Assembly (NCBI GenBank): GCA_030295235.1
Contig: AP026172.1
Coordinates: forward strand, 496,001 to 560,000
Direction of reading: 5' to 3'
From: Fistulifera solaris
Taxonomy: Eukaryota
DNA length: 64,000 bases
The position numbers and the translations under genes are program-made. A model generated the notes under the pieces. That model saw only the letters and a program-made list of their open reading frames with translations. It ran no database searches and had not been told where the DNA came from. Positions within the stretch are counted from its first letter, which is position 1. Every line of letters starts with the position of its first letter. Below, piece by piece: positions 1-12,892 of the stretch.

Positions 1-1
1 T

Positions 2-805
2 CTGCACCAATTACTCCAATACGAAACGACAATCCGACCACCAAACCCTCTTACGACCGGATGTCCTACTTTAGATACATGGCTGGATTGGGGTCTCGTT
101 GTACAAATCGCGGGTCCATCAGGTACGGGGAAAACACAACTCGTCTTGCAACTCCTGGCCCAGAATGGGGGTCACTACTGGTCCAGTGATCCAGCTTTGC
201 GATCCATTGCCAAACGCTGGCAAGAATTGGGTTCCAGTAACGAAAAAGAAGTTTCCTTTGCTTACGTACAAAATGAATACGATTTGTTGCGGCAATTACA
301 GAAAATCATCACGTCCGATCACGCCCCGCCCATCCTCGTAATCATCGATTCCTTTTCGACGTGTTTGACCAACGTGGAATATTCAGATACCTATATGCGT
401 CAACAAATCACCGGTGTATTGCGATCGGTCGCTCAACATTACCAGATAACCATAGTTCTCGTCAATGGGACCGTCGGGGCGGCCAAACACGACACTTCGT
501 CAGTGGTCGAGAATGACAAAAACGAAAACGACGACAACGACAACGACAACGACAGCATCGACAACGACGACGATGACGAAAAAGATCCTCCAAACGTCTT
601 TCGTTCTTCTGCTAGCAAACCGGCCCTTTCATGGTGGAACGTAGACGATATTCGGATATGGATGGAGACTGCGGCAGATCAACGTACTGTACAAATTCGA
701 TTGGATCGACATCTCACGCGAAGACAGAATGAAAGGTTGACGGTGCGGATCGATCGTGCCGGAGTAACGGAATTCGTGACGACAACACGATTGTGCGATG
801 CGTGA
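2..805 (+). CDS. RAD51/RecA-family paralog (RAD51D/XRCC-like), 5'-truncated by the window edge
   Basis: Frame 2 is open from base 2: TTGCPTLDTWL, Walker A GPSGTGKT, Walker B-like LVIIDS, then IVLVN and KPAL motifs typical of RAD51 paralogs. Confidence 0.8.
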   Translation: MHQLLQYETTIRPPNPLTTGCPTLDTWLDWGLVVQIAGPSGTGKTQLVLQLLAQNGGHYWSSDPALRSIAKRWQELGSSNEKEVSFAYVQNEYDLLRQLQKIITSDHAPPILVIIDSFSTCLTNVEYSDTYMRQQITGVLRSVAQHYQITIVLVNGTVGAAKHDTSSVVENDKNENDDNDNDNDSIDNDDDDEKDPPNVFRSSASKPALSWWNVDDIRIWMETAADQRTVQIRLDRHLTRRQNERLTVRIDRAGVTEFVTTTRLCDA

Positions 806-1119
806 GGCGGCGGTGTAGGACAACGAAGAAGAAGGGCTGCCATCTTGGTCTCTCCCAGTCCTAATCTTTTGATCATGTTGTAAAGAACTGGTAACGCTAT
901 CACGATGCACACGAATAATAATTTACGAAGCTTTATTCCGTAATTTCTTTTCACCATCAAAAAGCATTACTCCAGTATTTGTCTGTTTTTAATTGTAAAG
1001 GAATAGAGAGGATCAACATGATCCACTCCTCTGAGAGCTGTACTCGACGAAGACTTCCCTTCGCATTTCACAATCTTGAAAGTATCAATCATGCCATTAT
1101 CTCCTTTTTCCTTCGTCGT

Positions 1120-1449
1120 TTACTTCTTATTACGCACAAACGGATTCTTCAAATTCAGTTTCTTTGGATGATGATTCTCTTCTTTTAAACGCGTCATGAC
1201 ACCCTGCATCCGCACATTCGTCGTGTCACTACTACCACTCGACACAGCCGACTGCCGCGCCATTTGCAGTTCGGCCATGCGTTCTTGACGATCGTTTGAT
1301 TTCTCGACCAACTCTTTTTCCCGGGCACGAGTGCGTTGGTTCAGTTGAAAGTTGCGTTTTGTTTTCTGCCCTTCTCGTACGGCTTCTTCTCCCGCTCGAT
1401 ACGTTCCGTATCCTACGGCACCGAGTGCTGCGGCGGCTAATAGAACCAT
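1120..1449 (-). CDS. Small hypothetical protein with hydrophobic N-terminus and coiled coil
   Basis: ATG at 1449, MVLLAAAALGAVGYGTY followed by a charged helical region; 109 aa. Confidence 0.55.
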   Translation of the reverse strand: MVLLAAAALGAVGYGTYRAGEEAVREGQKTKRNFQLNQRTRAREKELVEKSNDRQERMAELQMARQSAVSSGSSDTTNVRMQGVMTRLKEENHHPKKLNLKNPFVRNKK

Positions 1450-1860
1450 GGTGTGAAATAGTAATGCAAAGAAAGGATAAGACAGAAAAATAGAGAGAAC
1501 GTTCTGTATGAAATGTAAACAAAACCCCCGTCCCAGAGAAGTGAGTGAGTGAGTGACTCTTGTTTGCGTGTGTGTGTGTGTTTTTTCCCCGCAAACTGTC
1601 CAGTTTTTTGTTTTCCCCCAAAACGAGCCGCACCGTGACACGCGAGCCGCGCCGACACGAATTACTTCTCACGTAATTATAAAACAAGTTCATAAGTACC
1701 CGTACGATGGCGGCTGTTTTCTCGTCCGTCGTGAGTTGTTCGTGACTTGTTATACTTTGTACGTAGTAAAAGGGAATGGCGACATCCAATTCTCGCATAC
1801 GGAAATGAACATAGAAGCATACAGGTGCCCACACTTTATCGTCAACTATAGACAAGAAAA

Positions 1861-2490
1861 ATGATGCGTTTGACAGATTTCGAACAAGGCTCTCAAACAT
1901 TATGTCGTGTTCTACAAGATGAAAGAGGAGGCCGTGCCTTACTGCAATGGTCTTCGCTGTTGATAAAGAATGATAGCATCTATTTGCAACATCCGCCGGT
2001 ATATTCTTCTTCTTCTTCTCATATTCAAAAGGATGGAACGGCATTGGAATCTACAGCAATGGAGGAATCATTACTCGTCGAAGATCCGGATGTGATTTAC
2101 GAACATTTACCGCACTTATTGGAATGGCGATTTAGCATAGTTTACAGTGAAACATGGCATGTCCCGGTGCTGTATTTCCAAGTCTTTCAAAATAAGATGC
2201 TTTGTCCACGTGATCATGTTTTGACAGTCCTGAAAGAGCATGTACAAGATACGTGGGAATTTGTATCGTATGAAGAACATCCCGCGACCGGAGTTCCTTC
2301 GCTGTTTTTACATCCGTGTCGAACGCAAGAACGAATGAAGTGCTTATTCAACTACGACAACGACACTCCTCCCGCAGAACAGCTCTGGAGCTGGATGTCT
2401 TTGATTTTACCCACAGTGGGCTTTTCCATACCGTCTCCCATCTATCAACGCGTGCGGCAGAAGTTAAAACAACAAGTAGAATCGGTGTGA
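1861..2490 (+). CDS. ATG10: Autophagy E2-like conjugating enzyme ATG10
   Basis: IVYSETWHVPVLYF, EEHP and catalytic FLHPC motifs of the ATG3/ATG10 family; length fits ATG10. Confidence 0.85.
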   Translation: MMRLTDFEQGSQTLCRVLQDERGGRALLQWSSLLIKNDSIYLQHPPVYSSSSSHIQKDGTALESTAMEESLLVEDPDVIYEHLPHLLEWRFSIVYSETWHVPVLYFQVFQNKMLCPRDHVLTVLKEHVQDTWEFVSYEEHPATGVPSLFLHPCRTQERMKCLFNYDNDTPPAEQLWSWMSLILPTVGFSIPSPIYQRVRQKLKQQVESV

Positions 2491-2507
2491 CCGAGTATAC
2501 TCGTAGC

Positions 2508-4074
2508 CTATTCTTTCTGTAGTTTCAACTCTTCCGGTAAATCTTGCTCATCCAGCCAATTGCCGAATTCTTCGAGTCTCTGTTCTGTCTCGACTTGTTC
2601 TTTCTCTTCATCACGCACGGTATAATCCGTCACTCCATCCCAATACATGGCTTCGACGCGACGTCCTTTCCAAACCTTCCCGTCCCAGTCCTTCACCACG
2701 GCGCTCGCGGCAGACGGTTGCGCCAACTTGACAACGACCACGGCACGTTGCGAAAACACGGTAATTTTCTCCACCCTACCAAACACTTCTAATTCCGCTC
2801 GTAAGGAACGTTCCAATTCGGCAAAGAATGCATCTTCTTGCGCTTCATCCTTCCACACGTTCGGTTCAAACAAATGCTTCAATACAATAATACGCAGGCC
2901 TTTCCGTCCACCCACCAGTCGGCTATTATTGGAAAAATCATCCCAATCCCGGGCTTGCAAGGCCGCCAATTTGGCCACTTTGCGTTGGGCATTGGAAATG
3001 CGGTTCTTGTTCGTATCGAGTTGTCCACGTTGTTCAAAATGAGCGGGTTGTACCTTCATACTGTGGCCGGGACTATACTCAGTTTCATCCAGTAACGTCA
3101 TGGCCAATGCGACCGATTCGGGACGGGCGTAACACAAACTGGCGTCACCTTTGCACTGTCCGGCGAATGGATGATCTTCTTTATGGCGATAAACTTTGAT
3201 TTTTGGGCGTTGTGTCGTCGGATCTAAATCCAAGATACCGGCTTTGACAAAGATTTGTGCCAACTGTTCTTCGGTGGTATCGAGGGGGAGTCCGGTAATG
3301 TAGATCCAACACCGGGCATTGCGCGCAGCAAATTGGGCCTTTTTCTGTTTTTTTCTTTTTCGGTTGTGTAGTCGCTTCTATTTCTTCTTCTTTTTCTTCT
3401 TCTTTGGCGTCTTTTACCTTTTGTGTCGGCATCAGCGCTTCATGAATCCATCTTCCCGTTCGATAATCTTTCACATAACGAGTACCGTGATCACTTTCGT
3501 AGGAGGCATCATCGTGGTCCTGTCTCATATCTCCGTTGGATCCCATTCGTTCTGTCGACGATAGAAATGCTTCCAATTCTGTTTGTGCTTCGGTTGTCTT
3601 TACTACTGGATCCATTCGATCTGGATAAAAGACTGTTAACGCCATTTGCAGTTCCGCATCGTCTTGAATACATTTCCATGCGTTGGTGAGTTGCGAGTAG
3701 ACACGTGTCGTGGGTCCTATTACTGATGCTTCTTGGTACAACAATTCCGCGAGCTGTGGACACGAAATAGGTCCCTGGATAATCGTCCTTTCGATCGATG
3801 ATGATGATGATGATGATGCTGATTCGTAATACCATGACTCGACGACGCACCGTACCACGGACACGGTCCGTGCGACTTGCCACTCGGGGGCATAGGTATG
3901 ATCGGATAGTACTTGCAGTAATTGCGTTTCCGGTGTCAATAAAACTGTCTTGATTAATAATAAACAAATTTGTCGTGTCGTGAGAGGATGTTGCGATGGT
4001 TGCCCAGTGGTCGGATTTTGGTAGAGCCAGCGGGTATCTAAGGTAATCTCGTTGCTGATTTCTCTGCGATCCAT
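2508..4074 (-). CDS. Tat-SF1/CUS2-like U2 snRNP-associated RRM+UHM protein (frameshift near 3345-3360)
   Basis: WIYITGLPLDTT RRM start, PKIKVY, KGDASLCY, C-terminal UHM ending YWDGVTDY; N-terminal GYF-like WYY..QGP. Two ORFs join at an A-run. Confidence 0.85.
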
Positions 4075-4345
4075 TTCTCCTTTATGTAATTAAGAAATAG
4101 AATAGAATAGGATCTATTCAATAATAGAGAAGATGATAACATATATATGGTAATTCGATGTTGGTTATTGGACGACATTTTTTTGGTTGTTACGGACTAT
4201 ATTTTAAAAAAAGACCCGGAAATGAATCTCTCTGTCGCACCAATCAAGCAGGGCTAAATGTATATACTGAAACACGTTTCGTTTTGATTCTCATCCGCTT
4301 CATAAATATTGCATCTGCATAACAGCGTATCACTGAAAACTGCAA

Positions 4346-4831
4346 ATGACAGAACCGAGTATTCCACGCAATAATAAACCACCTCCCAAAATCGATGGCA
4401 TGGTACATCTCGCCAACGATCGACCTTCGTTTACGGACAAGGAACGACAGCGCATGCTGCAATCGGTCGAAGGACGATGGTTGGCCCGGGCCATGAAACG
4501 ATGTGAAGGACACGAACGGGCGATTCGAGAAGCACGTGCCGAGTGGTTGAAGCAGCGAGATAATTCACAAAAGCGCACACAGCTTGAAGAGGAACGTCAC
4601 AAATATATCGAATGTTTGACCTTTGTCACGTGTCCGGCGGGTTGGCGACAATATTCGCAATGCTGGACTCATTCGTTGGCACATTATTCCAACACTTCAT
4701 TGCAACAACAACCCGAAGCGGTGTGTCAGTACGAACGACAGTCGTTGGAATTGTGTGTGGGGAATGTGGTGGTAGGCGCTGTGCGAGCGGCCGTGCCCGC
4801 AGAAATAGATGACGAAGAAATGTTTCTGTGA
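4346..4831 (+). CDS. Hypothetical twin CX9C (CHCH-like) protein
   Basis: 161-aa ORF containing CPAGWRQYSQC and CQYERQSLELC. Confidence 0.6.
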   Translation: MTEPSIPRNNKPPPKIDGMVHLANDRPSFTDKERQRMLQSVEGRWLARAMKRCEGHERAIREARAEWLKQRDNSQKRTQLEEERHKYIECLTFVTCPAGWRQYSQCWTHSLAHYSNTSLQQQPEAVCQYERQSLELCVGNVVVGAVRAAVPAEIDDEEMFL

Positions 4832-4927
4832 TTACAAAGTACTCCGTACCTGGTACTGGACGTGTGGATCACAACGTATTGTTTGATTGCCTATTCTTGA
4901 GAAATCAAAGAATGTGTAAATGTATCA

Positions 4928-6001
4928 TTAGTTCATTTTACCACTAGACAAACTCAACCCCGATTTTTCTAAATCCTTCCGGCATACTTCAGCCAATCGC
5001 GGCTCTACCACAAGTGCTTCATCGGGGGAAAGCAATTCAAACCGATTCTCGACGTCGTCTTGAATGTAGCGACCCACAATCACGTAGGGTCTCAGAAGTT
5101 GCACCAATGTGTACGATTTACCGCCCGGTATTATGTATCCCACCAGTTTCAACGTTTCTTCACCCTCGACCTTTCCAAATCTTTCTAATTCCTTGAGTTG
5201 CTCATCGGGATCTTCGTCCAACATCGATTTGATTAACTCTTCCAAACCTTCTTCGTCATCGTTACCCAAGCCCGGAATATCAAAAAGTGCCATGAGTTCA
5301 TCATCGACATCCTCGTCTTCTCCATTCATCGTCTTTTGAAATTCCTCTTCTCCCAATTCCTCTTTCATGACTTGCAAAAAGTATTCGACCGTATCTTGTT
5401 CATCGCGTTCCATGAGTTCCTTGGCGGTAAATGGCCGCGGCAATATTTGATTCTCCCAATTGCGTGTATAATTGTTCAAAGGTCCATCGACGGTTAACAC
5501 CCGTGGGGTCCGTTTGAGTTGCAAGTCTTTGCCCAAATGCTCGTGCAACTGCGCCGCCATGAGTTGCATCAATTCTTCATTTTCGTCATCGTCCGGAGAC
5601 AAAAATTGTGCAGCATCTCCGTCGTTATTGCTTTCAATGACCAACGCCACAGATGGATCAAAGGGAACACCGATACCGTACGTGACACCATCCAGTTCGG
5701 CCATAAAGGCGAGTTTGACGTCAATGTAATTTTCGTTTTCAAAGAAAGGTATGCGGGCATTCATAATCTCGGGATCGGCTTCGAGTGAAAGATCCATCAG
5801 TGACTTATATTGTTCTCGTAAAGGATCGACTGGTTCGGTGGCTTCATCGATTTCTTCTTCTTGTTGCGTTTGTTGGACTCGTTCAAATTCGGCGTCGACA
5901 TATTTCGTCATCCAGTATGGCGTCGAAACAAAAGGCAGAGTTGACTGTATCCATGCTCGGCATGATACTATGCAAAGTAATGATATGCACGTGCTAAGCA
6001 T
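4928..6001 (-). CDS. Probable plastid-targeted acidic protein, DUF3727-like
   Basis: Signal peptide ending SCRA-W (ASAFAP-like); L.LKRTPRVLTVDG and YTLVQLLRPYVIVG motifs resemble cyanobacterial/plastid DUF3727 proteins. Confidence 0.6.
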   Translation of the reverse strand: MLSTCISLLCIVSCRAWIQSTLPFVSTPYWMTKYVDAEFERVQQTQQEEEIDEATEPVDPLREQYKSLMDLSLEADPEIMNARIPFFENENYIDVKLAFMAELDGVTYGIGVPFDPSVALVIESNNDGDAAQFLSPDDDENEELMQLMAAQLHEHLGKDLQLKRTPRVLTVDGPLNNYTRNWENQILPRPFTAKELMERDEQDTVEYFLQVMKEELGEEEFQKTMNGEDEDVDDELMALFDIPGLGNDDEEGLEELIKSMLDEDPDEQLKELERFGKVEGEETLKLVGYIIPGGKSYTLVQLLRPYVIVGRYIQDDVENRFELLSPDEALVVEPRLAEVCRKDLEKSGLSLSSGKMN

Positions 6002-6374
6002 GTTGCAACGTATGATTGTCTAATAATAAACGAAAGAATAATACGGAATAAAGGCTGGATTGCTCTAGTTTTTCGTTCACATAATGTTTTCTTTTTTTTT
6101 CGATGGTCCGACGCGGTCCGACATTTATTTCACATTATTATTTGTGCGGATTTTGTCATCGTACCGACGAGCAGACGTCTCGGGACTCGAGACACGACCC
6201 CTCCTTCAATTCGACCGAACCAAAAACGTAAAGTCACGAGGCACGCTCGAACTCAACAGGTCCATGAATACCAAGGTAGTCACGCAGGCATTCTCGACTA
6301 CGAATTCTTCGTAAAGACTTCTTTCTCTACGTCTCATTTCATAAAACGACCACTCTAGAGAATCACAATTTAAC

Positions 6375-8213
6375 CTACATATCAACGTGTTCATGCCATT
6401 CTTGAACGAGTTCATGATCTTTCGCATTGTCTTCCATCCCTTGCCACTTGAGCAGTTGTTGCCCTTCCGCTTTTCTTTTTATTCGGTAAAGGACAGCCGC
6501 CATGACGAGACACAACCCGAAAAAGCCGGTCGCGGAAACTTTGTGTCCATAAAGAATGCACGAGAGAGCGATACTGAGGAGAATGCGCGTCGTCATGATG
6601 AGGGTGAAAACGACCGCCCCAAAGTTTTTGATTGTGTAATAGATAAACAGCTGTCCGATGGTGGAGCAAATGGAAAACAATAGGAAATGAACATGAATTT
6701 CCGAATGATCCCGAACAAATTTCAATGCCGGATACAATTCCTTCGTGTGAATCAATGTCACTAGGGACAAGACGGTCGAAAAAGCCGACGTCGCAAACAT
6801 GAGTTCCACCATACTCAGATCGCGATGTCGTTGGAACATTCGACTTTGGAATTGGCTGGTGAAGCTATCAAAGAACAGAAACAGGAAGAGAAGCATAACA
6901 CCCGTCCAGGTGGTGTTCGTTTCGTATCCGAAACTGTTGGTACCGAATTGAAGATCATCCGTGGACGTCATAAACATGGTAATACCGACCCCGATCATGA
7001 GTGCTACAAGATAATCATATTGAGGATCTGTAAGTGACAAATAGTGTTAGGTCCAGTAACCAGGAAACGGCGAAAAGGTTGACTTCTTCCTTTGTTTGTG
7101 TTTTTTTCAAGCAACTTACAAGACTTGTTCCCCAAAATCTTCCCCATCGCCATGACCGGCGCCAACTTGAATGACTTGAACAAAGTCGTCGCCGGAAACG
7201 ATACGTAATGCAAAGACTCGTATTGACACCAACTACTCAACATGTTGGAAATCGCGGGAAACGAATACTCGTAAATGACCGTAGTGCGGCTGCTGCGTGG
7301 TTTCAAATACAACATGAGCATCCCCGACATGACCAACGTCCAAAAGCGATTGGTAAAGACGAGGGCGTACGAGTACGTAAAGTATTCTCCGACATAACGC
7401 GGATATCGTCGTGTGAGCATGCGTTCCTGTCCCCGAGAAAGAAAGAAGGAAAGAAAGAAGGAAAGAAAGAAAGAAAGAAAGAAGGAAAGAAAGAAGGAAA
7501 GAAAGAAGGAAAGAAAGAAGGAAAGAAAGAAGGAAAGAAAGAAGGAAAGAAAGAAGGAAAGAAAGAAGGAAAGAAAGAAGGAAAGAAACATACTGGAGTG
7601 AGCGATAACATAAAAATAAGTAAAACAATTCTTTCTTTCAGTGCATGAAAAAGTACTCACTTGAATCAGACCCCACAAAACAAAGGTCGCATTGAGCATG
7701 AGAGAACAAAAGATCAATCGACGGAGTACTTGCATTTTCGACAAACGTTCGTTTGGTTCCATGAAATCGTAGACACGACGATCGCGTTCGGAATCACTGT
7801 GCAACAATTCCTTTTCATCCTCTGTCTCATCCTCATCATCATCCTCATCCGAAGCATAAAAATTGTCACTTTCCTGTGTCGCCACACGGTATTTGAAACT
7901 GCGGGGCGTCAATGCGGACGTATCGCGTTCGAGCCATTCGGGGAAATAGATTTTGGCGACCAGAATTGTGATAATGACCAAGGCGACATACAGCAAAAAA
8001 ATTGGTGGCCAGTAAATACAGTTCCGCTTCGGCAGTTTTGGACATGAGAGGATGCGCTCGTTGGGCGGCATCTTCGTCGTGTTGCAAAGACGAGTAGATG
8101 GTCGAAGTGACATCGCCGTTTTGTGTCGGATCGTCATCGTCATTCCAAGCTTGATCAAGCTTCCGAAGAATATGACGCGGATTGGTTTGCGTGGCGATTG
8201 TTATAAAGTCCAT
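6375..8213 (-). CDS. SLC35B/UAA-family transporter (PAPS transporter-like); introns 7028-7119 and 7427-7660; frameshift near 7995-8001
   Basis: WGLIQERMLTRRY, SSWCQYESLHYVSFP, KSFKLAPVMAMG, FDSFTSQFQ and GQLFIYYTIKNFG are SLC35B2-type motifs; GT-AG introns. Confidence 0.9.
7437..7588. repeat. Homopurine tandem repeat (GAAAGAAAGAAG)n, about 12-13 units, intronic
   Basis: Directly visible; lies inside intron 7427-7660 of the SLC35B gene. Confidence 0.97.
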
Positions 8214-8578
8214 TCTTTTCTATTTACCAGTATTGCAAATGATACATACATAATAAATGTTGTGTTTGCCGGAAGGCAATTACTAGTAAGGCTCATTGTC
8301 ATTGCGAAGAAAACCAACACGTACGGTTGACAGATGGACGACTCACGGTCGAAACCGCAACGTGACGCATCGGTATTGAAATCTCCCGCCAAAACATCAT
8401 CATCACCACAATAATCGACCATGGACAAGACGAAAGCGCAACAAAAGCGCGACAAATCACATCACACTTATTATAATAGTAGTACGGAGTAACATTTTTT
8501 TGGCATCCAACCTTTTACGTAGTACCCTCGACAGCAGAAGAATATAATATACTTTGATTTCCTAAAAACACACAAAAA

Positions 8579-9880
8579 ATGGATTTGTCAAAACTTTCGA
8601 ATGACGGGAAACCCAATTTACTGACCCTCCCCCGGGGTGACTTGCAAGGAAACACTACTGTTTCATCGTTTCGCATGATGCAACTGCCGGTCGGATGGAA
8701 GGCTGAAGATCTCGCGAATTCACGATTCATTTCCAAACCGCAACAGCAAGTGGCTCTTGTTTCGGAAGTGAAGGAAATGAGTTTTTGGGTATCGAATGTC
8801 CAGTCGTCCAATTGTTTCGTGTTGATTCCTCCTCCTCTTGACGAACCCGACGAGTTCGCAGCGAAAAAAGCCAAATTATCATCATCATTATCATCGTCCG
8901 ATCAGTCATTACGAACGATTCCGACGCGTTTGTTGAAACCGGGTGGATCTGGGGCCACCTTTCTGGAGCTGCGCGTCAAAGTACTGAAAGTAGCCGATTT
9001 GCAATCTGCACTCGTGAACGCTCACGCGATCTTGGATCGGGAGGAAGAGAACACACCGCCGATGACCATCGATGCATTGGCCAGGGAATTGCAACACAGT
9101 CGGATGGAAATTCGACGTGGTTTGTCGGCCATGGAACGTGCCTTTGTGACGACGGAAACGGAGTGCGTCTGGTTGTTGTCGGAAGAAATCCAAATGATTG
9201 TACAACAAGCTATTGTTTCGACTTTGGCAGAAGCCGAAGATTGTCAAGATTATGCGGGTCGTGGCGTTCACGTGGAACGGTGTGTCAAGGCGATTGTTGA
9301 GCGAATGAGTCCCGAAGAACGATTCGATCAGGACCGGGATGTTGTTCATTACTGTTTACGGCGTCTAGCTGACAGAACGAGTGACACCGAAGTCATTCAG
9401 TTGGATGTTTCCAAGGTAAGTTGGTTTTCTGTTGTGGTTAGTTTTCTTCATGTGATGATTGGCAGTATCGTCCTCAACGTTGTCTAACAGGTTGCGAAAT
9501 GGGTCGCTCGTCATTTGTTCTCGTTGCAATCGGCTCCCTGGGAAGAATCTCTCTTTATGGCACGTTGGCAATCCCAAACCCCCGGTGTGGGTGACACGTA
9601 TCGCGTGTCTCTCGAAATGCTCCGGGGACTCGCGGTGCACCGAGGTGCGCTGTGGAAGTACCTACCGGCCGATCAAATCATGACCACCGATTCCGTCGAA
9701 GATGCCTTTGAGTTATTGTTTGATTGGAAAGATAGCTGGGAATTGGACGAGCTGCAACCGTATTTGGACGCCATGGTCGATGCTACGGCCATATCGCAAG
9801 GCGATTTGGTGTTGCAGTATTTAAAAGTGACGACCGAAACGAGCAACGGTTGTTCGGTGAAGATGTGCCGAAAGCGATGA
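8579..9880 (+). CDS. DCC1: Sister chromatid cohesion protein DCC1 (Ctf18-RFC subunit); intron 9416-9490
   Basis: N-terminal MMQLP and VQSSNCFVLI, C-terminal LLFDWKDSWELDELQPYL typical of Dcc1; GT-AG intron joins two ORFs. Confidence 0.75.
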
Positions 9881-10336
9881 CTATTTGATATTATTGCAGT
9901 GATATTGCGGTTCATAGTCTAATATTAAGGTCAACATTAGCTAGAGTAGACTAGACTAGACTAGTATTATTCAGTTTCATTTGTTCGCGTGTTACCTACT
10001 CCGTAGTTCCTAATTTCAACAGCTCTGATTTAGAAAGTAGTCCGGTTTCAACAATCGCAACGGATACCGATACCGGTGGATGAGCCTCAATATTTGAATA
10101 AAAACAATTCCGGTATATGTATAAGAATTTCCGTTGAATTCTCCGTTGAAGAATACCTCGGACATGGACATTGGAGACAAAAATAATAAAGTCTGGAAAC
10201 GTTTCAGTGCGTTGTCAACGTTTCCTTCTCCCTATTACTACGTACTTAATGTTATTTAGCTACTGGTTGCTTTGATCATCGCTCCTACCAATCACTCGAG
10301 TACAGCGGCACACGTATAGTATCGGAGCAGTCAAAA

Positions 10337-12266
10337 ATGAGTTCGAAGCGAAAGGTGCGTTCTTCTACAGACTGGTGAACGTATTGTGTCGACATTCCGC
10401 GACAGAATTAACTTACCCTCGTCCTTCTTAGTCCATCGTCCCTAAAAAGGATCAAACATGTCTTCGAATCGAAAAAATGAACGCAGAACGCGAAGAACGC
10501 CGTCGTACAATGCTTGAGGTAGGTTGTTCGCGCTGTACATACCATCGAAACGCACGTTTGCCCACTCACTCGTTGTTTCAATGCAGCGCAAAAAAGCCCG
10601 AGCACAAGAAGAACAGCGGAATATTGCGGCTGGAAATCCCGGAGACGTTGACTTTATCGGCATGGTCCGTGAATGGCGTGCCACCCATGCGGACCAGGCT
10701 CTATCGTTGGATGCTTGTCAAACGTCACCACCCAAAATCTGCATTTGTGTCCGGAAACGACCCATCAGTGACAAAGAGCGGAACAAGAATGATCACGATT
10801 CGGTGACATGCCTCAATCCCGAAGTCTGGATTCATAGCGCGAAGCTCCGCGTCGATGGGATTACCAAATATTTGGATCATACTTCGTTCCAATTTGATTA
10901 TACATTTAATGAAGACAATACGACGGAAGATGTGTACAATTACACGACTCTTCCTCTCATTGACTTTGTCTGCAGCGGACACGGAGGACGGGCCACCGTC
11001 TTTGCGTACGGTCAAACGGGAAGTGGGAAGACGTATACCATGAGCGGTATCCAAAACATGATGTGTGAAGATTTGTATTTTCTGTTAAACTCCGCCGACA
11101 GTGCCTGCACGACAGACAATACGAATGTCATGGTGTCGTTCTTCGAACTGTACGGTGGTTACGTTCAAGACTTACTGAACAATCGCAATCGCGTCAAAGT
11201 TCTGGAAGACGGTAAAGGAGAAGTCGTCATTACCGGATTGACGGAAGTGGAGAGCGATGGACCCAATACATTCTTGGAAATTCTTCGTCAAGGGAACAGT
11301 GCACGTACCACACACATGACTGAAGCGAATGATGCATCGTCACGCTCGCACGCCATATGTCAGATCATGTTGCGCGATGCGAAGACCAACAAATTGAAAG
11401 GAAAGTTATCTTTGGTAGATTTGGCCGGAAGTGAACGTGGGTCGGATACCAAATCACACAATTCCCAAAGACGCGCCGAAAGCTCTGACATTAATACATC
11501 TCTTCTTTCACTGAAAGAGTGCATACGTGCTTTGGATCGTGATGCATCCAAACATGTACCTTATCGGGGATCCAAGCTGACCCTGATTTTGAAAGACTGC
11601 TTTACATCCGATCGGGCAATGACGACTATGATCGCCACTGTTTCTCCAGGAGCATCGGCTGCGGACCACTCGCTAAACACCTTACGTTACGCGGACCGCA
11701 TTAAAGAAAAACGATCTACCGCGCCAACGCTTTCTCCTCGACCCCTGGCGACAACACGAATGCGAAGACCCTCAGCCATGACCAATCAGCACTTGGCAAA
11801 GGCGAAAGCTGAAAGTCCGGTCCATGAAATGGGAACTAATCAGTCTCGATCCATGGCGGTGTCACGCACTGAGATGTCGGCGACTACCATTGCCAATGGC
11901 GATTTGGATTTGACCGAAGAGAATCAATCCCGTCTAGAGTCGGAAACAGCGGATGATGATTTGCTGTTCTCCGAAGACGAAAAGGAGGAACCCACCAAAG
12001 ATGATGAATTGAATCAAACTGTACGTGAGTTGTTCGAAGAAGAAGAGGGTGTATTAAACATGCACATGACGTTCATTGCGGAAAACGCGAAACTTCTTTC
12101 CAAAGAAGGAGCCTTGTTGCAAGATGTCCAACGACCCAACGTTTCGGATGAAGAAATTGAGCGTTATGCCAGTATGCTGGAAGAAATACTAGATCGGAAA
12201 GAAGATATGATTGCTGCTTTGCAACGAAAGCTCGCCGTGTTTGAATCTCATTTAGATGCAAAGTAG
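10337..12266 (+). CDS. Kinesin-13 (microtubule depolymerase); introns 10355-10431 and 10519-10586
   Basis: ICVRKRP, KLRVDG (KVD-like loop), GQTGSGKT, SSRSH, VDLAGSERG, KECIRAL; internal motor domain plus C-terminal coiled coil. Confidence 0.93.
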
Positions 12267-12544
12267 ATGAAGCATGGCACTGTAGCTGTGGTGGTTTGTG
12301 TGAGTCATGAGTACCGTGGATTGAAGTTTCACGACTGAGTGTCATTCACGCGTCCAAGACAGTCACTTGACACCTTTTTGTCACGCCTTTTTTTGCGAAG
12401 CCATGTCCCTCGTAAATTTGTTCTTCGTGTTCGGTTCTGTGTATCCAAACACAATAAAATAGCAATGTGATTATCATCTCATTGACCCATTGCGTAACCA
12501 ACTTATTCGAAATATTAGTACATTCATCTTACAATCTTACAATT

Positions 12545-12892
12545 ATGCGCAACCTTCTTCAACTGATTTTAGTCATGCTAGTGCCAGCAGGCCTTTGTTT
12601 ACTATCTCCACAACACACGATCACTCGCCGTTTCCCGCAGATGCGTCTACACATGGGCCTAGAAACGGAAAATCCGCACTGGCAGGAACTTTACGATGAT
12701 GAGACTTTAATGGAAACGATTGTGGCAGCCTCGTTCATTCCGGGCGATTGGATCCAGAGTTTACCCGACATTGATGACGGAACCAAAGCGGAGCTTCCTT
12801 CGGATCTCAATCTTCCCGAAATTCGTCCCGAAGCGGATATGGATCACCCAGACCTAATGGATATCATTCATTCTCATCAACATCCGAGATAA
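12545..12892 (+). CDS. Small hypothetical protein with signal/plastid-type presequence
   Basis: ATG at 12545, hydrophobic N-terminus, acidic mature part (PHWQELYDD..FIPGDWIQSLP). Confidence 0.55.
   Translation: MRNLLQLILVMLVPAGLCLLSPQHTITRRFPQMRLHMGLETENPHWQELYDDETLMETIVAASFIPGDWIQSLPDIDDGTKAELPSDLNLPEIRPEADMDHPDLMDIIHSHQHPR

Noticed and set aside
7208..7648. ORFs encoding KKEG/KERK/FFLS repeats, and a possible CRISPR-like array
   Set aside because: These are translations of an intronic simple repeat; there are no unique spacers and no cas genes.
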